Shown here: positions 37,039 through 46,474 of the stretch, in pieces
How the letters are laid out: every line of letters begins with the position of its first letter
Position numbering within the stretch: the first letter of the stretch is position 1
DNA from: Bdellovibrionales bacterium
Lineage (GTDB): Bacteria; Bdellovibrionota; Bdellovibrionia; Bdellovibrionales; JAGQZY01
Assembly: GCA_031426555.1 (NCBI GenBank)
Contig: JANPLN010000023.1
Span: 214-64,213, forward strand
Reading direction: 5' to 3'
DNA: 64,000 bases
Made by a program: the position numbers and the translations under genes
Notes under the pieces: model-generated
Told to the model about the DNA's origin: nothing
Database searches by the model: none
Seen by the model: only the letters and a program-made list of their open reading frames with translations

Positions 37039-37626
37039 ATGGTACAAAAAATTAAACTCTCAGCGAATCAACTTCCTCAGAAAATGGCCGAGCTCATTCA
37101 TTCAAATCAGTTTTTAAAATTGTTTAGCCTAATCAGCCTTGCTGTTTTAATTCTTGCTTTTGCGACCATCATCTTAATGACGACTCGCGCACCAGCCGTT
37201 ATTGCTTTTGATATGACGGCTAATACTCTTGAGGCTCAAAAGCTACCTGATGTAAAATTGCTGATTGAAAGAGCAGTAGTTGAATACATCAAGCACCGCT
37301 ACGACTGGACACCCAATAACGTGAACCAGAAATTAGACAAGGCTCGAAGCTTTATTAATGGAAGTCATGAATCTGCATTTACCCAAGCAACAAGAAAAGT
37401 AGCTGATTTTAGTCACGACAAAAAAGTAATTCAAAGGGCTTTCCCCACTGATATCCAAATTGACCTAAAAAATCAGACGGCCAAAGTAGTCGGCGAAAGA
37501 GTAACATCTATCATGGGAATTCGAGCCGCTGGTGAATTGAAGGTGGAGCTCCACTTCACCTCTGGGCCTCATACCAAGGCTAATCCTTGGGGCGTGTATA
37601 TTTCTAAGGAAGTAGAGCTTTTATAA
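37039..37626 (+). CDS. virB8: VirB8/TrbF-like T4SS protein
   Basis: Single N-terminal TM, a periplasmic NTF2-like domain ending NPWGVYISK, 195 aa. Confidence 0.65.
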   Translation: MVQKIKLSANQLPQKMAELIHSNQFLKLFSLISLAVLILAFATIILMTTRAPAVIAFDMTANTLEAQKLPDVKLLIERAVVEYIKHRYDWTPNNVNQKLDKARSFINGSHESAFTQATRKVADFSHDKKVIQRAFPTDIQIDLKNQTAKVVGERVTSIMGIRAAGELKVELHFTSGPHTKANPWGVYISKEVELL

Positions 37627-37664
37627 TTAAGCTCAAACTTTTAGTCGGCTCAATGAATTAATAA

Positions 37665-38075
37665 TTATTTATACTCGCTTTGGAAAGATTTAATTTTTTT
37701 ACTAATTTCATCTCTAGCTGTTCGGAAAGCATCTTTTTTTTTATCTTCCTTTGCAGAAGCTGGATCATTTATTGGCCAATGAAGACGCTTAGCTCTTGAT
37801 GGTAAATAGGGACAGACCTCTTCTGCACATAAAGTAATAACAAAATCTAATTTTTCCAAAAATTCTGGCGAAAGCTCATCTGTAGATTTTGAAAAGTTTT
37901 TAGAGATATCAATATTTATTTCTTTAAGAACTTCAACGGCCCAAGGCTGCACTTTACCCGAAGGCACTGACCCAGCGCTTTCGACATTGTCTTTGCTTCC
38001 TAATATTGATTTTGCTAAACCTTCAGCGAGCTGGCTGCGAGCAGAGTTAGCAACGCATAAAAATAATATGTTCAT
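37665..38075 (-). CDS. arsC: Arsenate reductase, LMW-PTPase (thioredoxin-coupled) type
   Basis: CVANSARS P-loop and the downstream Cys pair LCAEEVCP. Confidence 0.85.
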   Translation of the reverse strand: MNILFLCVANSARSQLAEGLAKSILGSKDNVESAGSVPSGKVQPWAVEVLKEINIDISKNFSKSTDELSPEFLEKLDFVITLCAEEVCPYLPSRAKRLHWPINDPASAKEDKKKDAFRTARDEISKKIKSFQSEYK

Positions 38076-39130
38076 ACAAACTCCTTAAAGTATTTTTTCT
38101 TAAACCACAATGATACGCTAACTAGTAAAATTAGAACTGGAACTTCGACTAAAGGACCTATTACGGCAGCAAATGCAGCTCCGTGATGAATTCCAAAAGT
38201 GGCGATGGCTACAGCAATAGCCAGTTCAAAATTATTAGAAGCCGCAGTAAAGGAAAGTGTGGCCGACTTTTCATAATCTGCTCCTGCTTTTTTACTCATA
38301 TAAAATGACAAAAGAAACATGAGTAGAAAATAAATAAGCAGTGGAATAGAAATTCTAAGAACATCAAGTGGAAGCTCTAAGACTTTTTCTCCTTTTAAGG
38401 AAAACATGACTACAATCGTAAACAGTAAAAACACCAAGGTAATTGGAGAAATTTTAGGTATAAATTCAGTCTCAAACCATTTTTTGCCTTTTGATTTCAT
38501 CAAAATCTTTCGACTAAAATAGCCTGCAAAAAAGGGAAGGCCTAAGTAAATCAATACTGCACCTGCAACATCCCAAATACTGATATTAACTTCTACGGTT
38601 TGTATTCCTAACCAACCAGGTGCCGTGGTTAGAAAGAAGTAAGCTAGAAAGGGGAAAGTAAAAATTTGAAAAAGAGAGTTAAGCGCCACAAGTCCCGCAC
38701 AGTACTCTCGACTTCCGCCAGCTAAATCATTCCAAACAATGACCATGGCAATACATCTTGCAAGACCAATAAGTATTAAGCCCGTCATGTACTCAGGATA
38801 ATCTCGTAAGAATATGACCGCGAACGCAAACATAAGTACCGGACCCAGCAACCAGTTTTGAACCAGTGATAGGATCAATACCCTCGTATTTTTGAAAACC
38901 TGAGGCATCTCTTCATATTTTACTTTAGCTAGAGGTGGATACATCATCAGTATCAAACCGATAGCTATAGGAATTGACGTTGAGCCGACAGACATTCTTT
39001 CAAGGGCGTTTGAGAATTGAGGTACAAACTTACCCAAAAAAATACCCAAGCCCATAGACATAAATATCCATAAAGTTAAATACCTGTCTAAAAATGATAG
39101 TTTGCCGATGATTGATTGATCTTGGTTCAT
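38072..39130 (-). CDS. acr3: ACR3-family arsenite efflux permease
   Basis: 352 aa, 10 TM, N-terminal [13 protein letters not shown] typical of ACR3. Overlaps arsC by 4 nt. Confidence 0.85.
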   Translation of the reverse strand: MNQDQSIIGKLSFLDRYLTLWIFMSMGLGIFLGKFVPQFSNALERMSVGSTSIPIAIGLILMMYPPLAKVKYEEMPQVFKNTRVLILSLVQNWLLGPVLMFAFAVIFLRDYPEYMTGLILIGLARCIAMVIVWNDLAGGSREYCAGLVALNSLFQIFTFPFLAYFFLTTAPGWLGIQTVEVNISIWDVAGAVLIYLGLPFFAGYFSRKILMKSKGKKWFETEFIPKISPITLVFLLFTIVVMFSLKGEKVLELPLDVLRISIPLLIYFLLMFLLSFYMSKKAGADYEKSATLSFTAASNNFELAIAVAIATFGIHHGAAFAAVIGPLVEVPVLILLVSVSLWFKKKYFKEFV

Positions 39131-39148
39131 TTACATTCTCCAGTTGCT

Positions 39149-39166
39149 TATCGTATAGTTACGATA
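39149..39166. promoter_or_regulatory. Palindrome TATCGTA-tagt-TACGATA in the acr3/arsR divergent region (candidate ArsR operator)
   Basis: 7-bp arms, 13 nt upstream of the arsR ATG. Confidence 0.4.
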
Positions 39167-39178
39167 TACATTAAGCAA

Positions 39179-39526
39179 ATGGCTCTATCAAGAATAAATG
39201 ACTTTCCAGAAAAAGATGTTCAACTCGCAGAATGGTGTAAAGCACTTTCGCACCCCGCCAGAATTGAAATTTTAAGGACCTTAGCAAATCGTGGCGAATG
39301 CATTTGTGGAGATCTTGTTCTTGATTTACCACTAGCTCAATCTACCGTGAGCCAACACCTTAAAGCTCTTAAAGAAATAGGCCTCGTACAAGGAGAAGTG
39401 GATGGACCTAGATCTCTATACTGCATTGATAAAAAGAACTTCGCTAAATTCATAAAGGCTTTTGGACTATTTGGAGAGCTAATAAATCAAAAACTTAATG
39501 ATGAGGCCTGTAAAGTTAAGCTTTAG
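39179..39526 (+). CDS. arsR: ArsR/SmtB-family metalloregulator
   Basis: Start at the internal ATG (MALSRIN...). [26 protein letters not shown] carries the CxC As(III) site, and [17 protein letters not shown] is the wHTH. Confidence 0.85.
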   Translation: MALSRINDFPEKDVQLAEWCKALSHPARIEILRTLANRGECICGDLVLDLPLAQSTVSQHLKALKEIGLVQGEVDGPRSLYCIDKKNFAKFIKAFGLFGELINQKLNDEACKVKL

Positions 39527-39562
39527 GTCTAGCTAATTAAGAGCAGCTTACAATATTCCGAT

Positions 39563-39994
39563 ATGCCGAAGATGAGATGGCTTAATAGACGTCTGAATAA
39601 ATTAATCTCGTCCTTACTAACACTTCCATTTGTTCTTATTTTTCTATTCTTTCGCTGGCTCTTATTTGGCAAACGTCTTAGTTCTGATGGCTATGTCATC
39701 AAGAAATCAAACTATGGTCGCGAAAGATATGAACACCGAGAGATCGCAGAACGAATCTTGGGTCGCCCCTTAGAGCCAAGAGAAGTCGTGCATCACATAA
39801 ATGGTCGTCGAGATGATAATAGACCTTCAAATTTATGCGTTATGGATCGGGTAGATCACGATCGCTATCACAAATGGTACGATTGGGTCCGTGAAAACTA
39901 TGGCAAGTATCCTCGAAAATCAACTCAGTTGAGAAAACTAAGGGAAGATTTTCATGGATTGCCTCTCAGCGATGTTCCGAATAGGAAGTACTAA
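39563..39994 (+). CDS. HNH endonuclease-domain protein with N-terminal hydrophobic helix
   Basis: VVHHINGRRDDNRPSNLCVMDRVDHDRYH is the H-N-H motif. The N-terminal LISSLLTLPFVLIFLFFRWLLF looks like a TM anchor. Confidence 0.7.
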   Translation: MPKMRWLNRRLNKLISSLLTLPFVLIFLFFRWLLFGKRLSSDGYVIKKSNYGRERYEHREIAERILGRPLEPREVVHHINGRRDDNRPSNLCVMDRVDHDRYHKWYDWVRENYGKYPRKSTQLRKLREDFHGLPLSDVPNRKY

Positions 39995-40144
39995 TTTAGC
40001 TTCAATGTGGTCAATATACCTTATTATAGGCTAGATGGAACTTTAGCTAGAATTTACTTGCTCACTGATTGTCTCAAACTGAGAACTTAATATCCTAATG
40101 TTTTCAATTACTTATATATGAAAGCAGATATGCTTGCAGTAAGA

Positions 40145-40174
40145 TGTCACATTTTTCTATTGAAAAATGTGACA
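40145..40174. promoter_or_regulatory. 13-bp perfect inverted repeat upstream of abiEi (candidate autoregulatory operator)
   Basis: TGTCACATTTTTC-tatt-GAAAAATGTGACA, ending 32 nt before the abiEi ATG. Confidence 0.5.
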
Positions 40175-40206
40175 CAATCCGATAACATTATATGTAGGAG
40201 TAAACT

Positions 40207-40926
40207 ATGAGCCTAGCTGGTTCTATCGAACAAAAGATTAGCCAACTATCACCAGGAGAGGTGTTCTCTTCTAGTCAGCTTAAACTCATTAGCACTGCGG
40301 GAGCACGCCAAGCTATTTCAAGATTAGAAAAAAAAGGTCTCATTCAAAGATTAGATGGTATTCAAAGTCTCTATTATATTCCTAAAAAAGGAATACTTGG
40401 CGACATTAAGCCAACCAGAGGTCAAATTATAGAGGCCATCATCAATGGGCGAAAAAAAGGCTACCGTACAGGTCTTAGCCTCTACAACATGATGGGCCTC
40501 ACAACCCAAGTCCCTGGCTCTGTGACCATAGCTACTGAAGCTACCCCACAAAGTACGACCGTAGCAGGATTAGAAATAAAGTTTGTTAAAGCTAAAGGTC
40601 CTATCACTGAGGAGTCTATCCCACTTTTGCAAATCCTAGATGTTATTAGTGATTTAAAAGATATTCCCGACACAACACCCGACATGGTTTTCACAAAAAT
40701 AATTAAAACAATTAAAAACTTAGAAGAAAAACCCATGAAGTTATTAACGACACTGGCTTTGAAGTATCCTAAAAGAGTTCAGGCTCTTGTGGGAGCAACG
40801 TTTGAATTTCTAAAGGAAGATGAACTTGCTACAAAGATAAGAAAAAATCTAAACTTAGGCTCAGCTTACAACATCGGAATAAGCGAATCATTACTTCCAA
40901 ATAAATCCAACTGGAATATCCTATGA
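40207..40926 (+). CDS. abiEi: AbiEi-like type IV toxin-antitoxin antitoxin (wHTH, DUF6088-like)
   Basis: N-terminal GARQAISRLEKKGLIQRL..LYYIP wHTH. 4-nt overlap with the downstream AbiEii gene. Confidence 0.7.
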   Translation: MSLAGSIEQKISQLSPGEVFSSSQLKLISTAGARQAISRLEKKGLIQRLDGIQSLYYIPKKGILGDIKPTRGQIIEAIINGRKKGYRTGLSLYNMMGLTTQVPGSVTIATEATPQSTTVAGLEIKFVKAKGPITEESIPLLQILDVISDLKDIPDTTPDMVFTKIIKTIKNLEEKPMKLLTTLALKYPKRVQALVGATFEFLKEDELATKIRKNLNLGSAYNIGISESLLPNKSNWNIL

Positions 40927-41792
40927 AGCTACACGAACATAAAGAAAATTTTATTGAACTAATCCAAAACACTAGCTCTGCACTTGGAATTCAAGATATT
41001 TTTATAGAAAAAGATTACTGGGTAACATACGTTTTAAAAAATCTCACCTCATGGGACAAAAACAAGACGATTGTTTTTAAGGGTGGAACTTCTTTATCTA
41101 AAGCCTACAAACTTATTGATAGATTCTCTGAGGACATAGATTTAGTTCTGAAAGATACGACCTTAAATGGCAACCAAATTAAAACAGCTATCACCAACGC
41201 GCAAAAAAGCTGTGTTCAGCTACCTCTTAAAGAGGTAGAAGCTGATAGGACCTCTAAGGGATCAAGAATTAGAAAAGTTGATTGTTCCTACCCGCAAATA
41301 TTGGATGAGTATCAGTTCGGTGATGCAAGCGACAAATTACTTATTGAGGTTAATTCTTTTTCAAAACCATTTCCAGTGGTTGAAAAAACAATTGGTTCTT
41401 ATGTTTTCCAAATGTTACAGGACTTAGAAAGAACAGATCTCATTGAAAAATTCGAACTTAAGCCTTTCACGATAGAGGTACTAGACTTTAAACAAACATT
41501 TTGTGAAAAAATAATGAGTCTACTTCGTATAAGCCAAAAGAATGATGCCAAGGAGCAGTTAAGAAAAAAGATTCGTCACTTTTACGACATCAGTAAACTC
41601 GTCAGCGATTCAGAAATTCTAAATTTTATTAAATCAAAAGAGTTTTCTGATTCTTTAAAGAATATTTACAAAAACGATTTGTTAAATCCAGAGTTTCAAC
41701 AAGATTGGACAATGACAGATGTTTCTAACATAAATCTTATTGCAAACTTTGATTCACTATTTGATGAACTAGAACCGACGTTCAAGGGATAA
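40923..41792 (+). CDS. abiEii: AbiEii/AbiGii-family nucleotidyltransferase toxin
   Basis: IVFKGGTSLSKAYKLIDRFSEDIDLV is the family signature. Confidence 0.8.
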   Translation: MKLHEHKENFIELIQNTSSALGIQDIFIEKDYWVTYVLKNLTSWDKNKTIVFKGGTSLSKAYKLIDRFSEDIDLVLKDTTLNGNQIKTAITNAQKSCVQLPLKEVEADRTSKGSRIRKVDCSYPQILDEYQFGDASDKLLIEVNSFSKPFPVVEKTIGSYVFQMLQDLERTDLIEKFELKPFTIEVLDFKQTFCEKIMSLLRISQKNDAKEQLRKKIRHFYDISKLVSDSEILNFIKSKEFSDSLKNIYKNDLLNPEFQQDWTMTDVSNINLIANFDSLFDELEPTFKG

Positions 41793-41922
41793 TTTAAAAC
41801 TCTTCTCTACACGAGAGAAAAAATAAAATTCTCGGACGTTAAAGATAGTTTTTCAAAAATCATCCCTTACCTACAGCCAATCGACCTTAAAAACTAAAAA
41901 TACATAAAAACAAGGAGTTCAG

Positions 41923-42633
41923 ATGCCCCTATTTAAAATAGGTGCGCTCTGCTTTATTGTCTTGGCATTTGCCACGGCAAAGGCAGACGTGCGCCATGTG
42001 GAAGCTAAAAAAGATCAAATCATAGCCGTTAAAACAGCCGTAGGGATTGCAACCATCATACAAGTACCCGATAGACCCACAAGTGTCGTGATCGGTGACC
42101 AGTCCGCATTTAAAGTTGAATACCTAGATCGAGCGATCACCATTAAGCCGCTGATACCCAATGCTAGAACCAACCTTTACATCTATACAGATTGGCAAAG
42201 GTACAACATCAAGCTTGTTCCTACTGACAAGAACCAAGCTGATTTTGTTGTTTACCTCCAACCCAAAACCATTAAGCACGAATCTTTTAGTATCAGATGG
42301 AAGGATTTTAAAAATCACCTGAAAAGTAATGACTTACGAGTTGATATTTTAAAATTGGGCTCAACCAAGAATGGACTCTACTTAATTGAGTTCGATATCC
42401 AGTCTTTAAAAAAAGAAGCATTTAAGCCTGAGTGGATTTGGTTAACTCAAAATGGGAGAACAATACCAATTCATAAACTTGCACTTAATGAGCTTAAATT
42501 AAAACCCGATAAAAAGGTTTCTGGACTGATCATCACTAAAAAAGAGGATCTATCCACACACTCCCCCATCCGATTTGAAATCCGAAGAGATAAAACTTCT
42601 TACCTCACAATCATGGAGCCAAGACGATGGTAG
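41923..42633 (+). CDS. virB9: VirB9/TrbG-like T4SS outer-membrane core protein
   Basis: Signal peptide. AFKVEYLDRAITIKPLIPNARTNLYIYTDWQRYNIKLV matches the VirB9 N-domain pattern. Confidence 0.7.
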   Translation: MPLFKIGALCFIVLAFATAKADVRHVEAKKDQIIAVKTAVGIATIIQVPDRPTSVVIGDQSAFKVEYLDRAITIKPLIPNARTNLYIYTDWQRYNIKLVPTDKNQADFVVYLQPKTIKHESFSIRWKDFKNHLKSNDLRVDILKLGSTKNGLYLIEFDIQSLKKEAFKPEWIWLTQNGRTIPIHKLALNELKLKPDKKVSGLIITKKEDLSTHSPIRFEIRRDKTSYLTIMEPRRW

Positions 42634-43565
42634 ATAGAATTAAAAAAATATTTTTAAAAGAGCCTCTGCCTTTTACAAATAAAAGAGACCTTAATTGGCA
42701 GATTATTAAGAAAGCAACTGCTGTAAGTCTGTTAAGTTTAGTTGTTGTGCTTTTGATAATGCCTGCTCCTGATGAAAGCAATGCTACTTTTGCAGAGGAG
42801 CGACACCAAACTTATGTAGAAAAGGAAAATGAAGTTGAAAAAATAAATAACGAAACACTAGAAGTATTATCCGGAGGATCTAAATACAGAAAAGCTCCCA
42901 GCAACTTAAATCACCTTTATGGATCATCATCCTTAGCAAGTAGCTCAGATAAAAATACTGGTTCGATGATTATCGCTAGAAATGATCTTCAGTCAGGAAA
43001 CACACTTCCGATGAGTTCTACCATTCCGCTTATACTTCCAGCTTCAATCAAGGTGGAAGGACAGCAGATACCCGTTATGGCGCTCGTAACTCAAGATGTT
43101 TACTACAAAGAGAATTTAGCCATACCCAAGGGCTCATCACTCTTTGGTCATGCAAGTACGTCAACCAGGAATCGAGTCAGTATTGAATGGATTCAGGTGC
43201 AGTTTGCAGATGGTAGCGAAAAGAAGATTCAGGCAACTTCTATGGGAGCTGATGGACGGATTGGAGTGGCAGGAGAACTTAATGGCAATGCTGCCACCAA
43301 CACTCTTGGTCTGGGTCTTACCAAACTTATTGGGGCCTACGCTGAAGGGTCACAGGAAACGGGGCCGTTTGGCGCAAACCGTGGTGGTCATGAGAATGGA
43401 CTTAGAAATGCCGTTGCTGAAACAGCTCGCGATAGAAGCGAGGACTGGGCTCGTCAACTTCAAGAGCAAGTGAGATGGGTCACCATCAGAGAAGGCACCA
43501 CTCTTAATGCACTCGTCACACAACCTTTTGTCTTCAGAGATCCAGGAGCTAGCTATGGGCAATGA
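42627..43565 (+). CDS. virB10: VirB10/TrbI-like T4SS core protein
   Basis: N-terminal TM, a linker, and a TrbI-like C-domain (IPLILPASI...ALVTQDVYY...RVSIEWIQVQFADG...GADGRIGVAGELN). Confidence 0.7.
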   Translation: MVDRIKKIFLKEPLPFTNKRDLNWQIIKKATAVSLLSLVVVLLIMPAPDESNATFAEERHQTYVEKENEVEKINNETLEVLSGGSKYRKAPSNLNHLYGSSSLASSSDKNTGSMIIARNDLQSGNTLPMSSTIPLILPASIKVEGQQIPVMALVTQDVYYKENLAIPKGSSLFGHASTSTRNRVSIEWIQVQFADGSEKKIQATSMGADGRIGVAGELNGNAATNTLGLGLTKLIGAYAEGSQETGPFGANRGGHENGLRNAVAETARDRSEDWARQLQEQVRWVTIREGTTLNALVTQPFVFRDPGASYGQ

Positions 43566-45174
43566 CCACGACAACACTTTAAGTATGCTCTTTATGACTG
43601 TCTTTGGTTTTGGGCTTATTTGGCTTCATGGAAAATCTTCGTTCATCATTGAATTTCTAAACCTAAAAGAAACCCAGGCACTAATCTTCATTCTCATATT
43701 TTCAACGATCTATCTTGGAAGCTTTTACTTTTTCAGGTGGATGGACAGACGAAAAGACAGATTAAAACTCGAAGGACAAGTGCATGAGAAAAAACCTAGT
43801 TCCTCTTTTTGTGGTTTTGATAAGGAAACTAAAAAGCCCGTCTATGTGACCGAAGCCCAAAGAACAATGCACACACAAGTGCTGGGCACTACCAACGCAG
43901 GTAAAACCGAGTCAGTGATTTTGCCTTGGGCGATTCAGGACATAGAAAAAGGAAACGGACTAATCATCATTGATGGCAAATCTGACCGAGGGCTTTTAAA
44001 TAAATTATGGAGCTACACCTGTAAACATGGACGAGAAAAAGACTTCTGCTTATTTTCTTTAGGAAATATTGAGGAATCCTCCCAATACAATCCACTGATT
44101 GGCAATACTGCGGAAGAGGTCATTGAAAGGGTCTTTAGTGCCTTTGAGTTTGATAATAGCTACTACAAAAACGTTCAGTTCGAAGTGTTCTCAAATCTGA
44201 TAAGACTTTTCTTTGAAGCTAAGGTGGGACTTACTTTTAAAAGACTGCATTTAGCACTTACTGATAAAAACTATTTAAGAGCACTTAGTCAAAAGATTGA
44301 AAGCACAGAGCTTGACCAATGGTCTCTGGACTTTCTATCTTTGACGGCCTCAGAGCGAGAGCAAAGAATCAGCGGACTCAAAGCCTCAATCAGTCACTTC
44401 GCAAACGGAAATACTTCGGCTTTGTTTAATTCAACCGACCCCTTTATTGATATTGATCGAGCTTTAAAAGAAAATAAGATTATTTATTTTCAACTGCCCG
44501 TCTTGCTAAGTCCTTTTCTTGGTACAGCTACAGGTAAAATGATTCTGCAGAATATTCAAAGTGCTGTAGCCAATCGCCACCGAGGACTAGATCGAAAGCC
44601 TAAGTTCTTTTCAATCTTCTTAGATGATTTTACCGAATATCTTTATCCGGGCTTTGTCTCGATCTTAAATAAATCAAGAAGTGCAAACGTTGGGATCGTG
44701 TTTGCTCACCAAGCTTTAGGAGATATCAAAGCTATTGGAGATTCGATTGCAAATTCCATTTTAACAAACTCGAACTTAAAAATATTTATGAGGGGCAATG
44801 ACCCTGAATCAGCTGAATATTTTTCGAGAGTCATAGGTACTAGAAAAACAACTAAGTTAACCGAAAGGAGAACTCAAGCATTTTTTCAGGACAAAAACAC
44901 TGGAGAAAAATCAGCCCGAGAAGTTGATGAATTTATAATTCATCCCAACAAGTTCAAAAATGAACTAGGCACTGGGGAAGCAATTATGATTATCCCCTTA
45001 AGTACAGGAGCCAAAGCTGTCGAAATAAAGTTTGAAATGTTTCCCGACATAACCACCAAAAAAGAAATTTTAGGTGTAAAAAATTATCCTTCTGAAATTC
45101 GAACTATAAAAACCGAGGAAAAGAAAACGAATGTAAAACCATTATTAGAAAATATGGAGCAACTATGTATTTAA
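43555..45174 (+). CDS. virD4: VirD4/TraG-family type IV coupling protein
   Basis: Start at ATG 43555 (MGNDHDN). Two N-terminal TM helices, Walker A GTTNAGKTES, Walker B-like FFSIFLDDFTEY. Confidence 0.85.
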   Translation: MGNDHDNTLSMLFMTVFGFGLIWLHGKSSFIIEFLNLKETQALIFILIFSTIYLGSFYFFRWMDRRKDRLKLEGQVHEKKPSSSFCGFDKETKKPVYVTEAQRTMHTQVLGTTNAGKTESVILPWAIQDIEKGNGLIIIDGKSDRGLLNKLWSYTCKHGREKDFCLFSLGNIEESSQYNPLIGNTAEEVIERVFSAFEFDNSYYKNVQFEVFSNLIRLFFEAKVGLTFKRLHLALTDKNYLRALSQKIESTELDQWSLDFLSLTASEREQRISGLKASISHFANGNTSALFNSTDPFIDIDRALKENKIIYFQLPVLLSPFLGTATGKMILQNIQSAVANRHRGLDRKPKFFSIFLDDFTEYLYPGFVSILNKSRSANVGIVFAHQALGDIKAIGDSIANSILTNSNLKIFMRGNDPESAEYFSRVIGTRKTTKLTERRTQAFFQDKNTGEKSAREVDEFIIHPNKFKNELGTGEAIMIIPLSTGAKAVEIKFEMFPDITTKKEILGVKNYPSEIRTIKTEEKKTNVKPLLENMEQLCI

Positions 45175-45614
45175 GTACGAAATATTTAAAAAACTATTTA
45201 ATCTCGATCGCAATCCCTTTCTGCTTAATCTCTTCCGGCTGCTCAAGCCTTGGAAAGTCGATTGGACTTGGTGGAGGAATTGGAGCTGGAACGGGCGCAG
45301 TCCTCGGCGGCATTGCTGACCCTGGGGCTGGTGGCAAGTATAGAACCCGAAACGTAGTTATTGGAGCAACCCTCGGTGGCCTTACTGGCATGGCCCTTGG
45401 GTCTACGATCCATGGGATGAAAGAAGATGAGAGGAAAAAAGGATATCTTGAGGGAAAGAGCGCAAAGTCCAACTTAGCCCAAGGACTTCCACCTAACTTA
45501 AGCGATCCAAGAGTTGAAACAAGGTGGATCGAAGGCAGAGCAGTGGGTAATAAATATGTAGAAGGTCATTTCGAATACGTCATCGCAGAACCCACAAGAT
45601 GGGACGTGGATTGA
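45165..45614 (+). CDS. Glycine-zipper lipoprotein (VirB7/entry-exclusion-like by position)
   Basis: Lipobox ISSGC, then GLGGGIGAGTGAVLGGIADPGAGG. Confidence 0.55.
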   Translation: MYLSTKYLKNYLISIAIPFCLISSGCSSLGKSIGLGGGIGAGTGAVLGGIADPGAGGKYRTRNVVIGATLGGLTGMALGSTIHGMKEDERKKGYLEGKSAKSNLAQGLPPNLSDPRVETRWIEGRAVGNKYVEGHFEYVIAEPTRWDVD

Positions 45615-46246
45615 TGAGGCCATTTATAATTCCAACTCAGGAAATTATACTTGCATCAAAGTGTGGATTCTTAACGAAAAGTATTTGGAATAAATACCTT
45701 AACAAAAAGTGTAGAAGTTGGGCTTACGAAACATGGCTGGGATATTTAAACCGTGGAATCTTTAAACCCTACGGCAAACATAAAGACGGCTCCATTGTCG
45801 TCTTAAACCGTAAATCTGACTTGGTTCAAAAGCTTGTAGGATTTGATTTCACTCCACCACCCTATGCGTACCAACTTAATCATGACGAGATGGTTGTTGA
45901 TTTCGTTCTTAAGCTTTACAGAGATAAGAAGATCACGAGCTACTTTTTTGAACCTGAGCTTAAAAGAAATCCTGACATTTTTGGCTTAAAGAATACCGAC
46001 AAAATGCCCGACGCAATCGTCAAAAATGAATCTTTTAAATACGCCATAGAACTTGAGCTGAGTAAGAAAAATCCCAAGCGCTACCGCCAAGCTCTTGAAT
46101 CCTACGCTTCGATGACACTCATTGATGAAGTTTACTATCTAACGAACACCCAGAACATCAAAAACCAGATTATGAAAACAGCTCGACAGATTCAGTATCC
46201 ATCGAAGCTTAGGCCCCTCCGATTTACGATGATTGAAGCTAGCTAG
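45614..46246 (+). CDS. Replication-relaxation-family-like protein (PD..ExE..K nuclease-like motif); candidate non-canonical relaxase
   Basis: ATG 45614 overlaps the upstream stop (TGATG). NHDEMVVDFVLKL...MPDAIV...AIELELSKKNPKRY resembles the H-D / PD / E.D..t pattern of Replic_Relax proteins. Tentative. Confidence 0.4.
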   Translation: MRPFIIPTQEIILASKCGFLTKSIWNKYLNKKCRSWAYETWLGYLNRGIFKPYGKHKDGSIVVLNRKSDLVQKLVGFDFTPPPYAYQLNHDEMVVDFVLKLYRDKKITSYFFEPELKRNPDIFGLKNTDKMPDAIVKNESFKYAIELELSKKNPKRYRQALESYASMTLIDEVYYLTNTQNIKNQIMKTARQIQYPSKLRPLRFTMIEAS

Positions 46247-46454
46247 TTATCCGAACGAAAGCCGAACATCGGTTCGGATAACTAAAATTGAGATCTCTAA
46301 AAAATGAGAACAATTAAATAATCTAATCAACACCTTACCCCCGCCGCCTCTTTTGAATCCTTTCTGATCGGTTGGAGACCACTCCCCCTCCACGATGTTA
46401 CGGGAAAGTGGTCTCCAACCTGAAAGAATACAAAAATCGGCGGCGGGGGTAAGG
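46246..46454. other. Cluster of strong inverted repeats, candidate oriT
   Basis: IR1 is GTTATCCGAAC/GTTCGGATAAC (46246-46256 and 46272-46282), with a third CCGAAC in the loop. IR2 has outer 16-bp GC-rich arms CCTTACCCCCGCCGCC/GGCGGCGGGGGTAAGG (46333-46348 and 46439-46454). These enclose an inner 14-bp IR, GGTTGGAGACCACT/AGTGGTCTCCAACC (46370-46383 and 46407-46420). Confidence 0.4.
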
Positions 46455-46474
46455 AAAATATTAAAGGAAATAAA

